In this document: in pieces, positions 18,977 to 28,634 of the stretch | How the letters are laid out: every line of letters begins with the position of its first letter | How positions within the stretch are numbered: position 1 is the first letter of the stretch | IMG/VR virus record: IMGVR_UViG_3300045119_000559 | Location: 1-60,870 of that record | Source of the DNA: a virus | Taxonomy: Duplodnaviria > Caudoviricetes | DNA length: 60,870 nt | Strand: one strand, 5' to 3' | Translations under genes and position numbers: made by a program | The notes under the pieces: generated by a model | The model's database searches: none | Seen by the model: the letters and a program-made list of their open reading frames with translations, nothing else | What the model was told of the DNA's origin: nothing

Positions 18977-21234
18977 TGCAGCGGGCCAAGGGTCGGTGTC
19001 GTCTGCGGCACGGCTTTCCCGGCGAAGTCGAACCACACCGGCGCGGCCACGCCAACGCTCTTGTAGTTCGAAAGCCCCACGGCGTAATCGCTGTAGAGCG
19101 AATAACCGCCGCTGCCGTTGCTCCACATCGGGTTGACGGTGGCGCCACCGCCCGACACTTGATCCGAATTACCAGCCTTCACCGGCACCGATGAAGAACC
19201 CGAGTCGGTCACAACTGGTGCACTCGTCGCCTGCACACAGAATTGCAAGTTGTTCTTAAAGAAGCTCGTTCCCGGAACGTATTGCTCCTCGAAATGGAAC
19301 ATCCCGCTGCCAGAAGTGGTGATGTTGTTCGTGTTGCAATTGTAGGCGTTGAAGTAAGCCCATATATTCTGCGGCTGCGGATGAAACGGAGTATCCATGT
19401 CCCATATCAGTGCGTATCCCGCCACGGTATTGCCAGCCGCACGGAGGATACCATTCACTATGTTGTTACGCCAAGTGACGTTGCTCGCTTCTGCTGTGTT
19501 GATGCACCCATGCGAAGATGTGATGCCCATCCAGCAAGCATTGCTTTCAACAAGTATGTCTTGAATACCGTAATCCTGCGGGCTGCTTTGCGGCTCGTTG
19601 ACGATCAGCGGGTTGCCGCCGCCGCCTGTTTCACCGTTTGCCCAAAGGACGTTGTGGTGAATGTTTGCGAATTTGTCATATATAACAGGCCCACCGGCCT
19701 GCGGGCTCGTATCGCCACGAAGATCTATTCCGGCCCTGCCGGGGCAAGGTCTGCCGTATATATTCCAGCCAACCTCGGCCTCATTCCATGTTTGAAGCCG
19801 CGTCATGCTTTGTGACATACTGTCGGCCATCTCAAAGACGGACCCAAGAACTGATAGCCTTGTCACGCCTCGAAAGAATACGACCTCAAGACCGCACTTT
19901 GTTTGATCTCCAGTGGTCGAGCCAGACCCATGCCAAATCACGCTGTTGATGTAGACTTCATCGACAACCGCCGAACTGTTAGTCGGCGTGCTGCTGCCGA
20001 GGTAGGAGCCAGAATTCGTGCAAGTTACATTGAACGTCAAGAATCTTTTGCTATTCTGTGGCAGGTTGAAGCAGGCGTTGTTATCGCCCACCGCATCAAC
20101 CTGCACGTCATGCACAGATAGATTGCTGCTACCGGCGCCCCCTAGTCCGCCAATGATAACATTGGCGCTGGATGCCACGGTGCTAGTAACTATGGCCTTC
20201 GACTGGATGATAGGCTGCGCCCCGGTATCAAAACTTCCAATCTGGCAGCTGCTGCATTGAACCAGCACGCCACCAACGTTCATCGTCCCGCCCGTGATGG
20301 TCGCTGCGCCAACGTTCGTCGGAGTCACGTAAGTGACAGTCGAACCACTCACAGATGCAGAGGCAAAGTTTCCCTCCAGCGACGCGAAGGCGCCTGTTCC
20401 GGTAAGGCCGCTTATGGCGAGTGTATCCCCAACCTGCATACTCTGCGCGGGTGCTGCTAGCGTCAAAGTAACAGTGCGCGTCCCTGTGTTGTAAGTGCCA
20501 GACGAAATTGTCTGAGCCGCGCCGGTATCGAGCGACTCCGTCGCGTGCAATAGCACACGATGCGAGCCACTAGTGGCAGTCAGGTAAGTGTTGGCAATAG
20601 CTGCAACAACAATGCCGGCAGACTTCGGATCATTGTTGCTAGCACCGCCGGGGCAGTTCGTAAAGGCTGCCCCGATGCACACGGTGCAGCCGATCGCAGG
20701 AGAGTTCGCGGTGCAATTGCCGCCGCTCCACGTCCCGCCATAGATATCGTTCGGGTTATTGACCGTCACCGTCACAGCAGCGGATTGAACCGAACCGTAA
20801 GGCCCGGTCATCGTGGTGACGATGCTATACACGCCTGCTGTGCGGTAGACGTGCCCGACCTCTGGCCCGATGCCGATGTTCTTGCTGGTGAGCGATGCCG
20901 GCAAGCCCACCATGAAGCCGCAATACGTTGTCTGCGGAGTTCCCGGCACAGTGCAGGGCGTCAGGACCGAATTGCTGGAGCCATAGCCATCCGTCCAATT
21001 GCCGTAGCCCGGATCGACACCAGTAGCGTCGAAGTTCGTGCTATAATATCGCTCGTGGTACGGCCAGAACGTCGAGGCGTCGGTGGATTGATCCAGGCGC
21101 ACGAACACCGGGCACGGTGCGGTGCAAGACGACACCGACACATTTGGCACCGGCGTCGGCGATGAGACCTGAAAGCCCTGCGCCTGCGCGGCGGCAGAGC
21201 AGATCGCGAGGGCCGCAGCGAGAAGCCAACGCAT
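18973..21234 (-). CDS. large exported beta-helix (tailspike/depolymerase-like) protein with PKD/Ig-like N-region
   Basis: Signal MRWLLAAALAICSAAAQA|Q; HVYRTAGVYSIVTT PKD-like motif; Asn-ladder repeats (IHHNV, VESNA, WRNNI, FKNNL); about 18 Cys in the mature part. Confidence 0.65.
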   Translation of the reverse strand: MRWLLAAALAICSAAAQAQGFQVSSPTPVPNVSVSSCTAPCPVFVRLDQSTDASTFWPYHERYYSTNFDATGVDPGYGNWTDGYGSSNSVLTPCTVPGTPQTTYCGFMVGLPASLTSKNIGIGPEVGHVYRTAGVYSIVTTMTGPYGSVQSAAVTVTVNNPNDIYGGTWSGGNCTANSPAIGCTVCIGAAFTNCPGGASNNDPKSAGIVVAAIANTYLTATSGSHRVLLHATESLDTGAAQTISSGTYNTGTRTVTLTLAAPAQSMQVGDTLAISGLTGTGAFASLEGNFASASVSGSTVTYVTPTNVGAATITGGTMNVGGVLVQCSSCQIGSFDTGAQPIIQSKAIVTSTVASSANVIIGGLGGAGSSNLSVHDVQVDAVGDNNACFNLPQNSKRFLTFNVTCTNSGSYLGSSTPTNSSAVVDEVYINSVIWHGSGSTTGDQTKCGLEVVFFRGVTRLSVLGSVFEMADSMSQSMTRLQTWNEAEVGWNIYGRPCPGRAGIDLRGDTSPQAGGPVIYDKFANIHHNVLWANGETGGGGNPLIVNEPQSSPQDYGIQDILVESNACWMGITSSHGCINTAEASNVTWRNNIVNGILRAAGNTVAGYALIWDMDTPFHPQPQNIWAYFNAYNCNTNNITTSGSGMFHFEEQYVPGTSFFKNNLQFCVQATSAPVVTDSGSSSVPVKAGNSDQVSGGGATVNPMWSNGSGGYSLYSDYAVGLSNYKSVGVAAPVWFDFAGKAVPQTTPTLGPLQ

Positions 21235-22841
21235 CAGAAGCTCTCAATAATCATGAACCCAGCGCCACCCTGCGCACCTGCGCCAGCGGTTTGCCCGGCA
21301 ATGGCGGTGCCACCGCCGCCACCGCCGCCACCGGCAGTTCCAGCACTGCCATTGCCCGCTACCGTGGTGCTACCGCCGCCGCCAGCACCGCCACAGCCAG
21401 AGTGGTAGTTAAAGTCCGGGTTAACTGCCGTGCCACCATTGGTGCTGGTCGCACCGCCCGTGGGCGGGGCTAAGCAGCCGAGCGACTTGCCGCCCATGCC
21501 AGTCGCGGCCGTGACGGCCGCACCGCCGTTCGTGCCACCGCCGCTGGCGCCCCCTGGCGCTCCCGTGGGGGTGAAACCGCCCGTCCTCGCAATGCCAGCG
21601 GCCGACGAGCCACCGCCGCCGGCACTGCACGACAGGCCGTCCGAGCCAACCGCACCGCTGCCGCCCCCGCCGATGCTTCCGCATCCAACTTGGCCCGCCG
21701 TGGTGGCGTTCGCGCCAAGCGCGAACGGCGAACCTCCCTGCCCGCCGACCGACGCGGCGCCACCTTGGCCCACACCCCCACCGCCGCCGCCGAAGAAGGT
21801 AATCAAGGCGCCAAAGGTGCTCGATGTCCCCTGCGTGCCGCCTGCGCCAGCCGCCCCGCCATTCGCCGCATTGCCAATGGTAATGGTCTGTGAGACCCCC
21901 GCATCAGCTGCCTTGAGCCATACATCGTGGCAATCGCCCCCGCCGCCCCCGGCGCCACCACTCGCAGTGCTATTGGCAATGCCGCCGCCGCCCCCACCAC
22001 CCTGCCCACATCCAAAGATGTGGACAAGCGTAACGCTCGCCGACCGCGTCCAGGTGCCATTGCCTGTGAAGACCTGCACGTCCACCGCGCAGGTTCCGGT
22101 TGATGTAATCACGCCGCCTGATGGACACGTTACAGACGTTACTGGGTTCGCCGCACAGCCAGTCCCGACGCCATTCAGCGCAGCACAGTTCAGCGTGGCG
22201 TAGGTGCCATCGCCACGGAAGAACGTAGTGGTAGTGTTCGGGAATGCTGGCAGCGCCCCTGGCAGGGCCGCCGTCGCGGCATTGATCAGCGCCGTCAGCG
22301 CGGTGTTGGTAATCCCGTTGAACCCGCCAGAGCCATTGTTGGTCTGCACTTGGCCGTTCGACCCGCCCGGTGCGGCGCCAACGCCGCAGGCGATATTCCA
22401 GTTCGTCCCGTCGAACTCAATGTCTGCGGATTGGTTCTGCGCAACGGAGGTACACCCGGCGTTGATCGCCCCGACGCCCGCTGCGAGGGTCCACGTCCCA
22501 GCACCCTTGTTGATGAACCTGAAGTATGTATTCGCTGCGAGGTTCTGCAGCGTGAGCGTCGCAGCACCGGCAGAATTGCCAATGACCTGCTGCCCGCACC
22601 ACGCAGCGGCGTCCTGCTGGCTCACTGTGATGGTAGCGGCGGTGGCCAGTGTAATTGCCACTGTGACCACCCCGCTTGCGGGGCCGCTGGAGGGGCAGCT
22701 GGTCGAGATCGACGTAACGCCCGCGCCACCGCCTCCGCTTGCAGTGGTCGTGGTAATCGTCTCGGCATCGGCAACGGCGAGCCAGGCGAATAGCAGCGCT
22801 ATCGCAATACTCCCGACGCCCCACACCGCTTTGCGCATCAC
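21234..22841 (-). CDS. glycine-rich tail fibre-like protein with signal peptide
   Basis: Signal ...IAIALLFAWLAVADA|E; PGGSNGQVQ.N..GGF.G; TTFFRGDGT; QVFTGNGTWT + GGGGGGG Gly-rich domain ending GAGFMIIESF. Confidence 0.7.
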   Translation of the reverse strand: MMRKAVWGVGSIAIALLFAWLAVADAETITTTTASGGGGAGVTSISTSCPSSGPASGVVTVAITLATAATITVSQQDAAAWCGQQVIGNSAGAATLTLQNLAANTYFRFINKGAGTWTLAAGVGAINAGCTSVAQNQSADIEFDGTNWNIACGVGAAPGGSNGQVQTNNGSGGFNGITNTALTALINAATAALPGALPAFPNTTTTFFRGDGTYATLNCAALNGVGTGCAANPVTSVTCPSGGVITSTGTCAVDVQVFTGNGTWTRSASVTLVHIFGCGQGGGGGGGIANSTASGGAGGGGGDCHDVWLKAADAGVSQTITIGNAANGGAAGAGGTQGTSSTFGALITFFGGGGGGVGQGGAASVGGQGGSPFALGANATTAGQVGCGSIGGGGSGAVGSDGLSCSAGGGGSSAAGIARTGGFTPTGAPGGASGGGTNGGAAVTAATGMGGKSLGCLAPPTGGATSTNGGTAVNPDFNYHSGCGGAGGGGSTTVAGNGSAGTAGGGGGGGGTAIAGQTAGAGAQGGAGFMIIESF

Positions 22842-23311
22842 TGCACCTCCCCGGCGAACGTGCAGTCGCTAGTCACGGTCTTGGTGAATGGGCCGGTAGT
22901 GGAGCAGACGAGTGTGATGCCGGCGAGGAACCGAGGGAACGGCCCCGGAGCCCATGTAACGCCAATGGTGTTATTCGCCGGGATTTGGTACGAGCGCGCG
23001 ACGCACGGGCGGGTGCTCTGCGCATTGGTACAGCCGGTCACGGCTCCGTCGCTCGGCACCGTTGCGGAGTCAAAAAGCAATATCCAGCGCGCAGCGGCAT
23101 TGGTGTTGTTGGCGCTGAAGCCGGCGAGCGTGCCCGCAGTGGCCTTCAAGATACGCGAGCCCTCCACGGCGCTCGCCATGCCGAGCGGAACGATGAGCGC
23201 GGCGCAGCCGGCATTGTTCACCTGGCTCAGGCATGACGCTACAGGCGCCTGCGCCAAGGCGGGCGGCGCAAAGAGCGCCAGCAACAGCGCAATAGTGCCA
23301 AGTACCTTCAT
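22838..23311 (-). CDS. small exported virion-associated protein
   Basis: Signal MKVLGTIALLLALFAPPALA|Q; ILKATAGTL.G....N...RWILLFDSATVP.DG; 6 Cys. Confidence 0.65.
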   Translation of the reverse strand: MKVLGTIALLLALFAPPALAQAPVASCLSQVNNAGCAALIVPLGMASAVEGSRILKATAGTLAGFSANNTNAAARWILLFDSATVPSDGAVTGCTNAQSTRPCVARSYQIPANNTIGVTWAPGPFPRFLAGITLVCSTTGPFTKTVTSDCTFAGEVQ

Positions 23312-23547
23312 CTTTGTGTCTCCGTTGCTGCTTGCCCTTGCAAGACACCCTTCGCGTGCTCGGACTCGCCCGTGACCTTCAGCAATTGCTCGAATTTGCT
23401 ATTCGTGTTGACTTCAAGGGTCTTGATGGTCTTGGCGGTCTCCGTCTGCATCCTCGATGCTCGGTGGGTCATTACGATGCCATAGATCGTAATGACCGTA
23501 TTGACGATCATCGCGATGCCGATGAAGAGTTCGCCAAGACCCTCCAT
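23308..23547 (-). CDS. small single-TM protein (holin/antiholin-like)
   Basis: One TM helix followed by LEVNTNSK coiled segment. Confidence 0.55.
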   Translation of the reverse strand: MEGLGELFIGIAMIVNTVITIYGIVMTHRASRMQTETAKTIKTLEVNTNSKFEQLLKVTGESEHAKGVLQGQAATETQR

Positions 23548-23570
23548 AGTGTGTAGCGCCTGCGCGCGGG

Positions 23571-24377
23571 CTAGAAGTTGATCTTCGCGTAGACTTCGTA
23601 CTTGCGGCCGACACTCAGCGAGCCGATGGTTGGCCCCCCGGCGGTGCCGAAGGCATTGCTCACGCCGAGGGCCTTATCGGCGAAGACAATTTGCGCGCCG
23701 GTGTCGAGCACGTAGCCCGTCGGCACGCCCTTGGCATCGAGGATTTGGTTGAAGATGCCGGCACCGACGAGCGGCGCGATGCCCACTGTGCTGCCACCAG
23801 CGGTGAAGAACTGCCCCTCGACGCCAAACGCCTCAACGCCCGCGGCGAAGTACATGAGGCCCGGCGACAGCACGCTGATGCCTGGCAGGGTCGGCGGGGC
23901 GGGTAGGCCAGGGAACGTAATGCCGAGGTTCGGCAGCCACGACAGCGGATTGAAGCCCCCGAACTTCACGGTGGCATCAGCACTCCAGCGCGATGCGTAC
24001 GATGCCGGCAGCGCAACGGCCACGCCAGCCCCATTCACTGCCGGCGCTGCAGCCGTGATGTTCTGGTAGTACGCAGTGGCTTCGTAGCCGATCCACTGGA
24101 TCGACGAGCCCGGTCCGTAGTAGTGAATGCAGCCAACATCCCCGCCCACGCCACCACCGGCAGCGGTGAGGCTCCCCGACGCAAGCGACGTGGCAAACAG
24201 CGCATTGCCACTCGCATTGACCTGATCCACTCCGCCCTTGATCGCGATGCCAAAGTAGCACCCCGTCGATGCGTACGGGAAGGCCTTCGACTGTGGGGCC
24301 TTTACTACGAGATCGGCGGCGCACGCCGGCGCCACGATTGCGGTGCTGAGCACCAGTGCTGCGATGATCTTCTTCAT
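23571..24377 (-). CDS. outer-membrane beta-barrel protein (alphaproteobacterial Omp25/RopB-like)
   Basis: Signal MKKIIAALVLSTAIVAPACA|ADLVVKAP; G.YFG...G; alternating strands; C-terminal YEVYAKINF (terminal Phe, BAM signal); RBS AGGAG. Confidence 0.75.
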   Translation of the reverse strand: MKKIIAALVLSTAIVAPACAADLVVKAPQSKAFPYASTGCYFGIAIKGGVDQVNASGNALFATSLASGSLTAAGGGVGGDVGCIHYYGPGSSIQWIGYEATAYYQNITAAAPAVNGAGVAVALPASYASRWSADATVKFGGFNPLSWLPNLGITFPGLPAPPTLPGISVLSPGLMYFAAGVEAFGVEGQFFTAGGSTVGIAPLVGAGIFNQILDAKGVPTGYVLDTGAQIVFADKALGVSNAFGTAGGPTIGSLSVGRKYEVYAKINF

Positions 24378-24424
24378 ATCCCCTACTCCTACTTCATACC
24401 CCTGTATCGTCGAGGCGTAACGCT

Positions 24425-24898
24425 TCATGGCGCCTTTGGCACTTCGGCCACTGTGGCGACGACCTTCTCGCTTACAGTGGCGTTTGCCACTGCGGGCGTA
24501 GCTACAATGGCGCGGACCTCTGGCATCTGCGCCACCGCATTCACAAGGAGATTGCGCGAAGCGGGGTCTACCGCCGCATTCGCATCCTGCACGGACTTCG
24601 GCTGAGCCAGTGTGTCCGCCACGGATTTGATCTGCGCCGACGGGCTCGCGCTGGCAGCGCCCTTCAGCGCGCTGTAGATGGGTGCCACGGCGCCAATGAG
24701 CGCCACGATCCCCGTAACGACTTCCATAAATCCGTGCCATATCTGGTTCACGTCCGTGGCAATGTCGCTCGCTGCCTGCGGCGTGAGGCCAGAGATAAAG
24801 TGCATCGTAGCCAGCGTCGCGAGGATGGTTCCCCCTGTGTTAAGCGCATGCCGACCAGCCGAACTGATCTGGTCCCAATTCCACTTCAGTGGGTTCAT
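24425..24898 (-). CDS. two-TM membrane protein, putative holin
   Basis: WDQISSAGRHAL..GG.IL helix plus a second TM segment VVTGIVALIGAVAPIYSAL. Confidence 0.55.
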   Translation of the reverse strand: MNPLKWNWDQISSAGRHALNTGGTILATLATMHFISGLTPQAASDIATDVNQIWHGFMEVVTGIVALIGAVAPIYSALKGAASASPSAQIKSVADTLAQPKSVQDANAAVDPASRNLLVNAVAQMPEVRAIVATPAVANATVSEKVVATVAEVPKAP

Positions 24899-24928
24899 GC
24901 AGGGCGCCCCTTCATCCTTGGCCTGGCA

Positions 24929-25093
24929 TCAAAGGCGCCCGGTAATCAGGAGGATGAGCAAGACGATGACCAAGAGCCCCACAAGCCCAATGCCGCTGTG
25001 TCCATAGCCATATCCGTAGCCCCACGGAGCCAGGCTGCCGCCGAGACCGCCGAACAGCAGGAGGATCAAGATGATGAGGATGATGAGTCCCAC
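24929..25093 (-). CDS. DUF3309-like small membrane protein
   Basis: GTG start after AGGAG; GLIILIILILLLFGGL...GYGYG..GIGLVGLLVIVLLILLITGRL. Confidence 0.75.
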   Translation of the reverse strand: MGLIILIILILLLFGGLGGSLAPWGYGYGYGHSGIGLVGLLVIVLLILLITGRL

Positions 25094-25103
25094 TGGCGCG
25101 CTC

Positions 25104-25532
25104 CTATGACGACTTCGCCGCTGCGAGCGACATCCACGTACGGACGCCGCCGGCTTCCAGCACACAGGCGAAAATGGCGCCCTTGTTATTGCCTAGGTTC
25201 ACCGCTGCGCCGGCTGTGCCGCCGTCGATGATATCGTTCGCCCCACCAGGGAACACTTGCACCGTCTGCCCGCTCTCGTTGAACACCACGAGCATGTTGA
25301 GCGCCCCGGCGCCGCTGGCGGGGAGCTTCACCGCATCGCTCGCAGCGGAGGTCGTAACGCTGGTGATCGCCTGCGTGAGTTGCTTCGCGCCGGCGCGGGT
25401 CTGCACCGTCGATGCCGTCACGCCGCTATCGGTACTGAGGCTAAAGCCGGCGATGGCCTTGTTCAGATCCGTGCCGTCGATGAGCCGGAAGCCCGGCTGG
25501 AAGAGCGTGGGGGTAGTGGAGACTTCGGCCAT
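25104..25532 (-). CDS. hypothetical virion protein
   Basis: FQPGFRLIDGTDLN; AVKLPA..LVVFN...TVQVFP...DIID..AV.L; strong RBS AAGGAG. Confidence 0.65.
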   Translation of the reverse strand: MAEVSTTPTLFQPGFRLIDGTDLNKAIAGFSLSTDSGVTASTVQTRAGAKQLTQAITSVTTSAASDAVKLPASGAGALNMLVVFNESGQTVQVFPGGANDIIDGGTAGAAVNLGNNKGAIFACVLEAGGVRTWMSLAAAKSS

Positions 25533-25604
25533 CGTGTGTGCTCCTTAGTCGCACAGGCGGGATTGCCTGCGTTCTGATCGCACGTGCGGCGGCAAGCCGC
25601 GAAA

Positions 25605-26333
25605 TTATCTCACTTGGTCACTGTACGGATTATAAATACCCGGCCGAGCGAGATCGGTAGGCATCTGCAGGGCTGCGATTTGCGTATTGGCCTTGCGCAT
25701 GATGTTCAGGGCATTCTTCGCGAGCCCGATGAAATCGGGCCTGGGCGGCAGGTCGTACCCCGCGCGCAGGCGCACGACGAGGTTCCAATGGATTGCGCTG
25801 AAGTACTCCTTCGGCAGCACCAGCGCGACGTTCATGGCATTCGCTGCGATGTCGCTCAGGATGGCCTTCACCGTGATGTGCAGCTCGTAGATGTTCGGCT
25901 GCGCTATGGGCCAAAAGTACACCCGGCCGAGGGGATAGTCGCTGTCGTAGAAGACATTCATCGGGAAGGACTGCAGCTGCTTCAGCGCGATGAGGTTGTA
26001 GTCCTCGCGGCTCTGCAGCACCCTGCATGGGTAGTCGATCTGGTTTGGGGTGCTCTGCACGAGCTGGCGGAAGAATGCAGCCTCCAGCCGGTCGGGCGCG
26101 TCGGGAGTGTTGATATCCCCGGCGGGGCCAACCGTGTAGCTCTGCGCCCCCGTCGAGACCACCGACAGGTCCTGCAGATGCCGCACGAACCACCTGTTGT
26201 GGTTCCACTCCCCGAGCATGTAGTTGAACCGTTGACGGCACAGCTCGATGTCCTGGCCAGTGGCCGCTTGGCCGGTGCCCACAACCCCCGCGTCGAACAA
26301 CGCGAGGGTAAAGAGATCGAGTGCTGTGGGCAC
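25605..26333 (-). CDS. head-tail adaptor, P22 gp4-like
   Basis: TALDL...AL.DAGV.G.GQ..TG.D.......N.ML.EW; LPKEY..AI.WNL.VRL...Y. Confidence 0.75.
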   Translation of the reverse strand: MPTALDLFTLALFDAGVVGTGQAATGQDIELCRQRFNYMLGEWNHNRWFVRHLQDLSVVSTGAQSYTVGPAGDINTPDAPDRLEAAFFRQLVQSTPNQIDYPCRVLQSREDYNLIALKQLQSFPMNVFYDSDYPLGRVYFWPIAQPNIYELHITVKAILSDIAANAMNVALVLPKEYFSAIHWNLVVRLRAGYDLPPRPDFIGLAKNALNIMRKANTQIAALQMPTDLARPGIYNPYSDQVR

Positions 26334-26348
26334 GCGCAGGCACCATGG

Positions 26349-26732
26349 TTAGAGCTTCGCCGCAGGGCGCGGGGGCGAAGGCGGCGGGGGTTTCGGCGTC
26401 GCCATCGGCGGCACGTACGGAGGCTTCGCGATGGGCGGCACGGGCGGTTTCGCCGGGGGCGCGGGCTCGCCAGCGAACGGATCGAACGGAGGTTCGGGCT
26501 TCGCCGCCGCAGGTGGCGGGAACTCCGGCTCAGGCACCGTGCCCTCCGGCGGGGGCACATCGGCGCCGGGCGGCGGTACGAAGGTCATATCCTTCGGCTC
26601 TGCCGGCGGATGATCGAGGGCCTCTTCCTCCGCGCGGGAGTGTGCCACGACGCCATGCTTCGCGACGTACTTCGGATACTCCACGACTGGCTTGTCCTCA
26701 GGCATCTCCTGGCCGCACTGGCTGCACTTCAT
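26349..26732 (-). CDS. proline-rich hypothetical protein
   Basis: CxxC, EYPKYV..V.HS..EE motif, then a Pro-rich tail. Confidence 0.55.
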   Translation of the reverse strand: MKCSQCGQEMPEDKPVVEYPKYVAKHGVVAHSRAEEEALDHPPAEPKDMTFVPPPGADVPPPEGTVPEPEFPPPAAAKPEPPFDPFAGEPAPPAKPPVPPIAKPPYVPPMATPKPPPPSPPRPAAKL

Positions 26733-26767
26733 CGAGGTAGCTCCTATGTAGGCGGCGCCTCGCGCCG

Positions 26768-27130
26768 CTATTGCTTCGTCTGCACTGCGCCAATCTTCAC
26801 GCCTGGCGGCAGGGCGTCGTCGGGCTTCACCGGCACCGGAGGTGACTCGACGCGCGGGGCCTCCGCGAGTTGCGCCAGTTCCGCGCGCAACTTCGCATTC
26901 TCTGCCGCCAGCCTGTTGCGCTCCGCAACGACCGGATCATCTTCGGCCTTGATCCCCGGCGCGCTTTCGCCCGCCTTGGCGAGTTCTTCCCGTTGGTTCT
27001 GCACGATGCATGGCTTGCCATCGGCGCCAGTGATCCACTTCGGATACTCGGCGTAGGGGCGCGGCCGTCCGTTCTCGTCAAACTGCCCGATCTTGCCTTC
27101 GGCTTCCATACGCTTGTAGACCTGTAGCAT
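26768..27130 (-). CDS. hypothetical protein downstream of coat gene
   Basis: RBS AAGGAG; YAEYPKWI...IVQNQREE motif plus coiled coil. Confidence 0.6.
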   Translation of the reverse strand: MLQVYKRMEAEGKIGQFDENGRPRPYAEYPKWITGADGKPCIVQNQREELAKAGESAPGIKAEDDPVVAERNRLAAENAKLRAELAQLAEAPRVESPPVPVKPDDALPPGVKIGAVQTKQ

Positions 27131-27257
27131 TGTCGGCTCCTTATTTGCTTCGGCGAAAGTGCTGCAACGGGAGTGGGAGGGGGTTAAGTCTGCCCTCTCC
27201 CGTCGCGCCAAGTCACAAGCGACGCCGACCGCACCTGTGACAAGCAAGCATAGCGCA

Positions 27258-28490
27258 TCAGATTGCGTCGGCGACGGCACAGGCCCATTCCGGCCTGACC
27301 CAGAGATATCCGTACAGCACATCGAGTCTCGTGATGAACTGATCCGACATGATATTGTATGCGCTGATCATGCGCATCGAGATGCCATCGAAGGCCTCTC
27401 TCGCCGCCTCATGCACGCCACGCGGCAGCTCCAGGTCCGCCGTCGCCATTGTCACGGCCTCTGGCACAAAGGCGAAGTTCTTGCGATACGACGATGCACT
27501 CAGCGTCGCCGGCACGACATTCGCGGCGTTCGCCGGCGAGGCATCGACCGTCTGGTACTGCACAGGCGTCGGGCCTGCCGCGGGCGGGATGAGCGCGGGA
27601 TAGATGTTCAGCGTGGTGCCGCCATTCGCCAGTGGCGAAGTGACTACGAACTGCATGAGGGTCTGCGTGGAGACCTTCGTGATGCGGTTGACGGAGTTGA
27701 CGCCCGCGAACGTCACAATATCGCCCTGCGCGAGCGGCCCACCAGCGGCGTTGATGGTGATCGCGAGGCCGGTCTGCGTCGCGCCATTCACGGTGAAGGC
27801 AGTGGCCTGCGCGCCTGTGTATGCCCCGGTAGTGTGCTTAATCGTGGTCTGATCCATATACCAGTCGAAGCCGAGCGTATCGCTGGCGATCTGCCCACTC
27901 CGGTACTGGTCGCCGATCTTGCTCTGCGGGTTGAGCAGCCCGGCGAGGCTCGCGACGCTGCGGGCCATGGTCAGCGGATCGAGGATGAGCTTGCGGCGCC
28001 CGCGCGGCGCGGAGTTCAGGTCGAGGATCGCGCCGGCCTGCAGCCAGGTCTGCGCCACTGGGGTCTGTACATTGCCGGCGCCATCGAAGTTGGCGGTGAG
28101 GCGGGCCACGCCGCCCTCGACACCGCCCATGATATTGGCGGCGACCGCGCCGGCAAGGTTGTTGACCATCGGTGCGAGCACCCGGCGCGAGAAGTCGTCC
28201 AGGGACATGGTGCGATCCACGGACGAGTATGATACGTCCACGCCCTGCTGGGTCGAAAGTGACAGCGTGGTGGACTGTTCCGAGGTGTCCTGCACCGAGG
28301 CGGCGGGGCCGGTACGGACTGTGAAATCGTTGGGCAGCCGAATCCGTACCGTGGTGCCGATCTTCGCGCCAGTCTTGGCGAACTGATCGTCGTACTGCTG
28401 GTCGATGTGCTGGATGAACTCGTTGGAGTTCTTCCACAGCCGTACAGCCTCGCGGGTAATCATGTTGATCGTAAGGAGGGTATTCGCCAT
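27258..28490 (-). CDS. major capsid protein, P22 coat (gp5) family
   Basis: MANTLLTINMITREA, GAKIGTTVRIRLP, SLDDFSRRVLAPM, GFDWYMDQ, GDIVTFAGV, RLDVLYGY..VRPEWAC. Confidence 0.92.
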   Translation of the reverse strand: MANTLLTINMITREAVRLWKNSNEFIQHIDQQYDDQFAKTGAKIGTTVRIRLPNDFTVRTGPAASVQDTSEQSTTLSLSTQQGVDVSYSSVDRTMSLDDFSRRVLAPMVNNLAGAVAANIMGGVEGGVARLTANFDGAGNVQTPVAQTWLQAGAILDLNSAPRGRRKLILDPLTMARSVASLAGLLNPQSKIGDQYRSGQIASDTLGFDWYMDQTTIKHTTGAYTGAQATAFTVNGATQTGLAITINAAGGPLAQGDIVTFAGVNSVNRITKVSTQTLMQFVVTSPLANGGTTLNIYPALIPPAAGPTPVQYQTVDASPANAANVVPATLSASSYRKNFAFVPEAVTMATADLELPRGVHEAAREAFDGISMRMISAYNIMSDQFITRLDVLYGYLWVRPEWACAVADAI

Positions 28491-28634
28491 GGCTCAGGCT
28501 CCAAGGGCGCGGACGCGCGCTGTTGACACAATGGGCGGCCAACGGCCGCGCCGCTCGTGCCAAGGGCCTGAGGCTTGGCAATTCGTTGCAGGCAGGCAGG
28601 ACGCGATGCAGGGTCCTGAAGTCTGCGCCGAGCA

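Noticed and set aside
21300-22010. GCC/CCG-rich tandem repeats
   Set aside because: Explained by poly-Gly codons of the glycine-rich fibre.
9218-23311. Diversity-generating retroelement acting on tail fibres
   Set aside because: No reverse transcriptase, and no TR/VR repeat pair was noticed.
28523-28552. + strand TTGACA upstream of the coat gene as an antisense promoter
   Set aside because: No -10 element at 16-18 bp.
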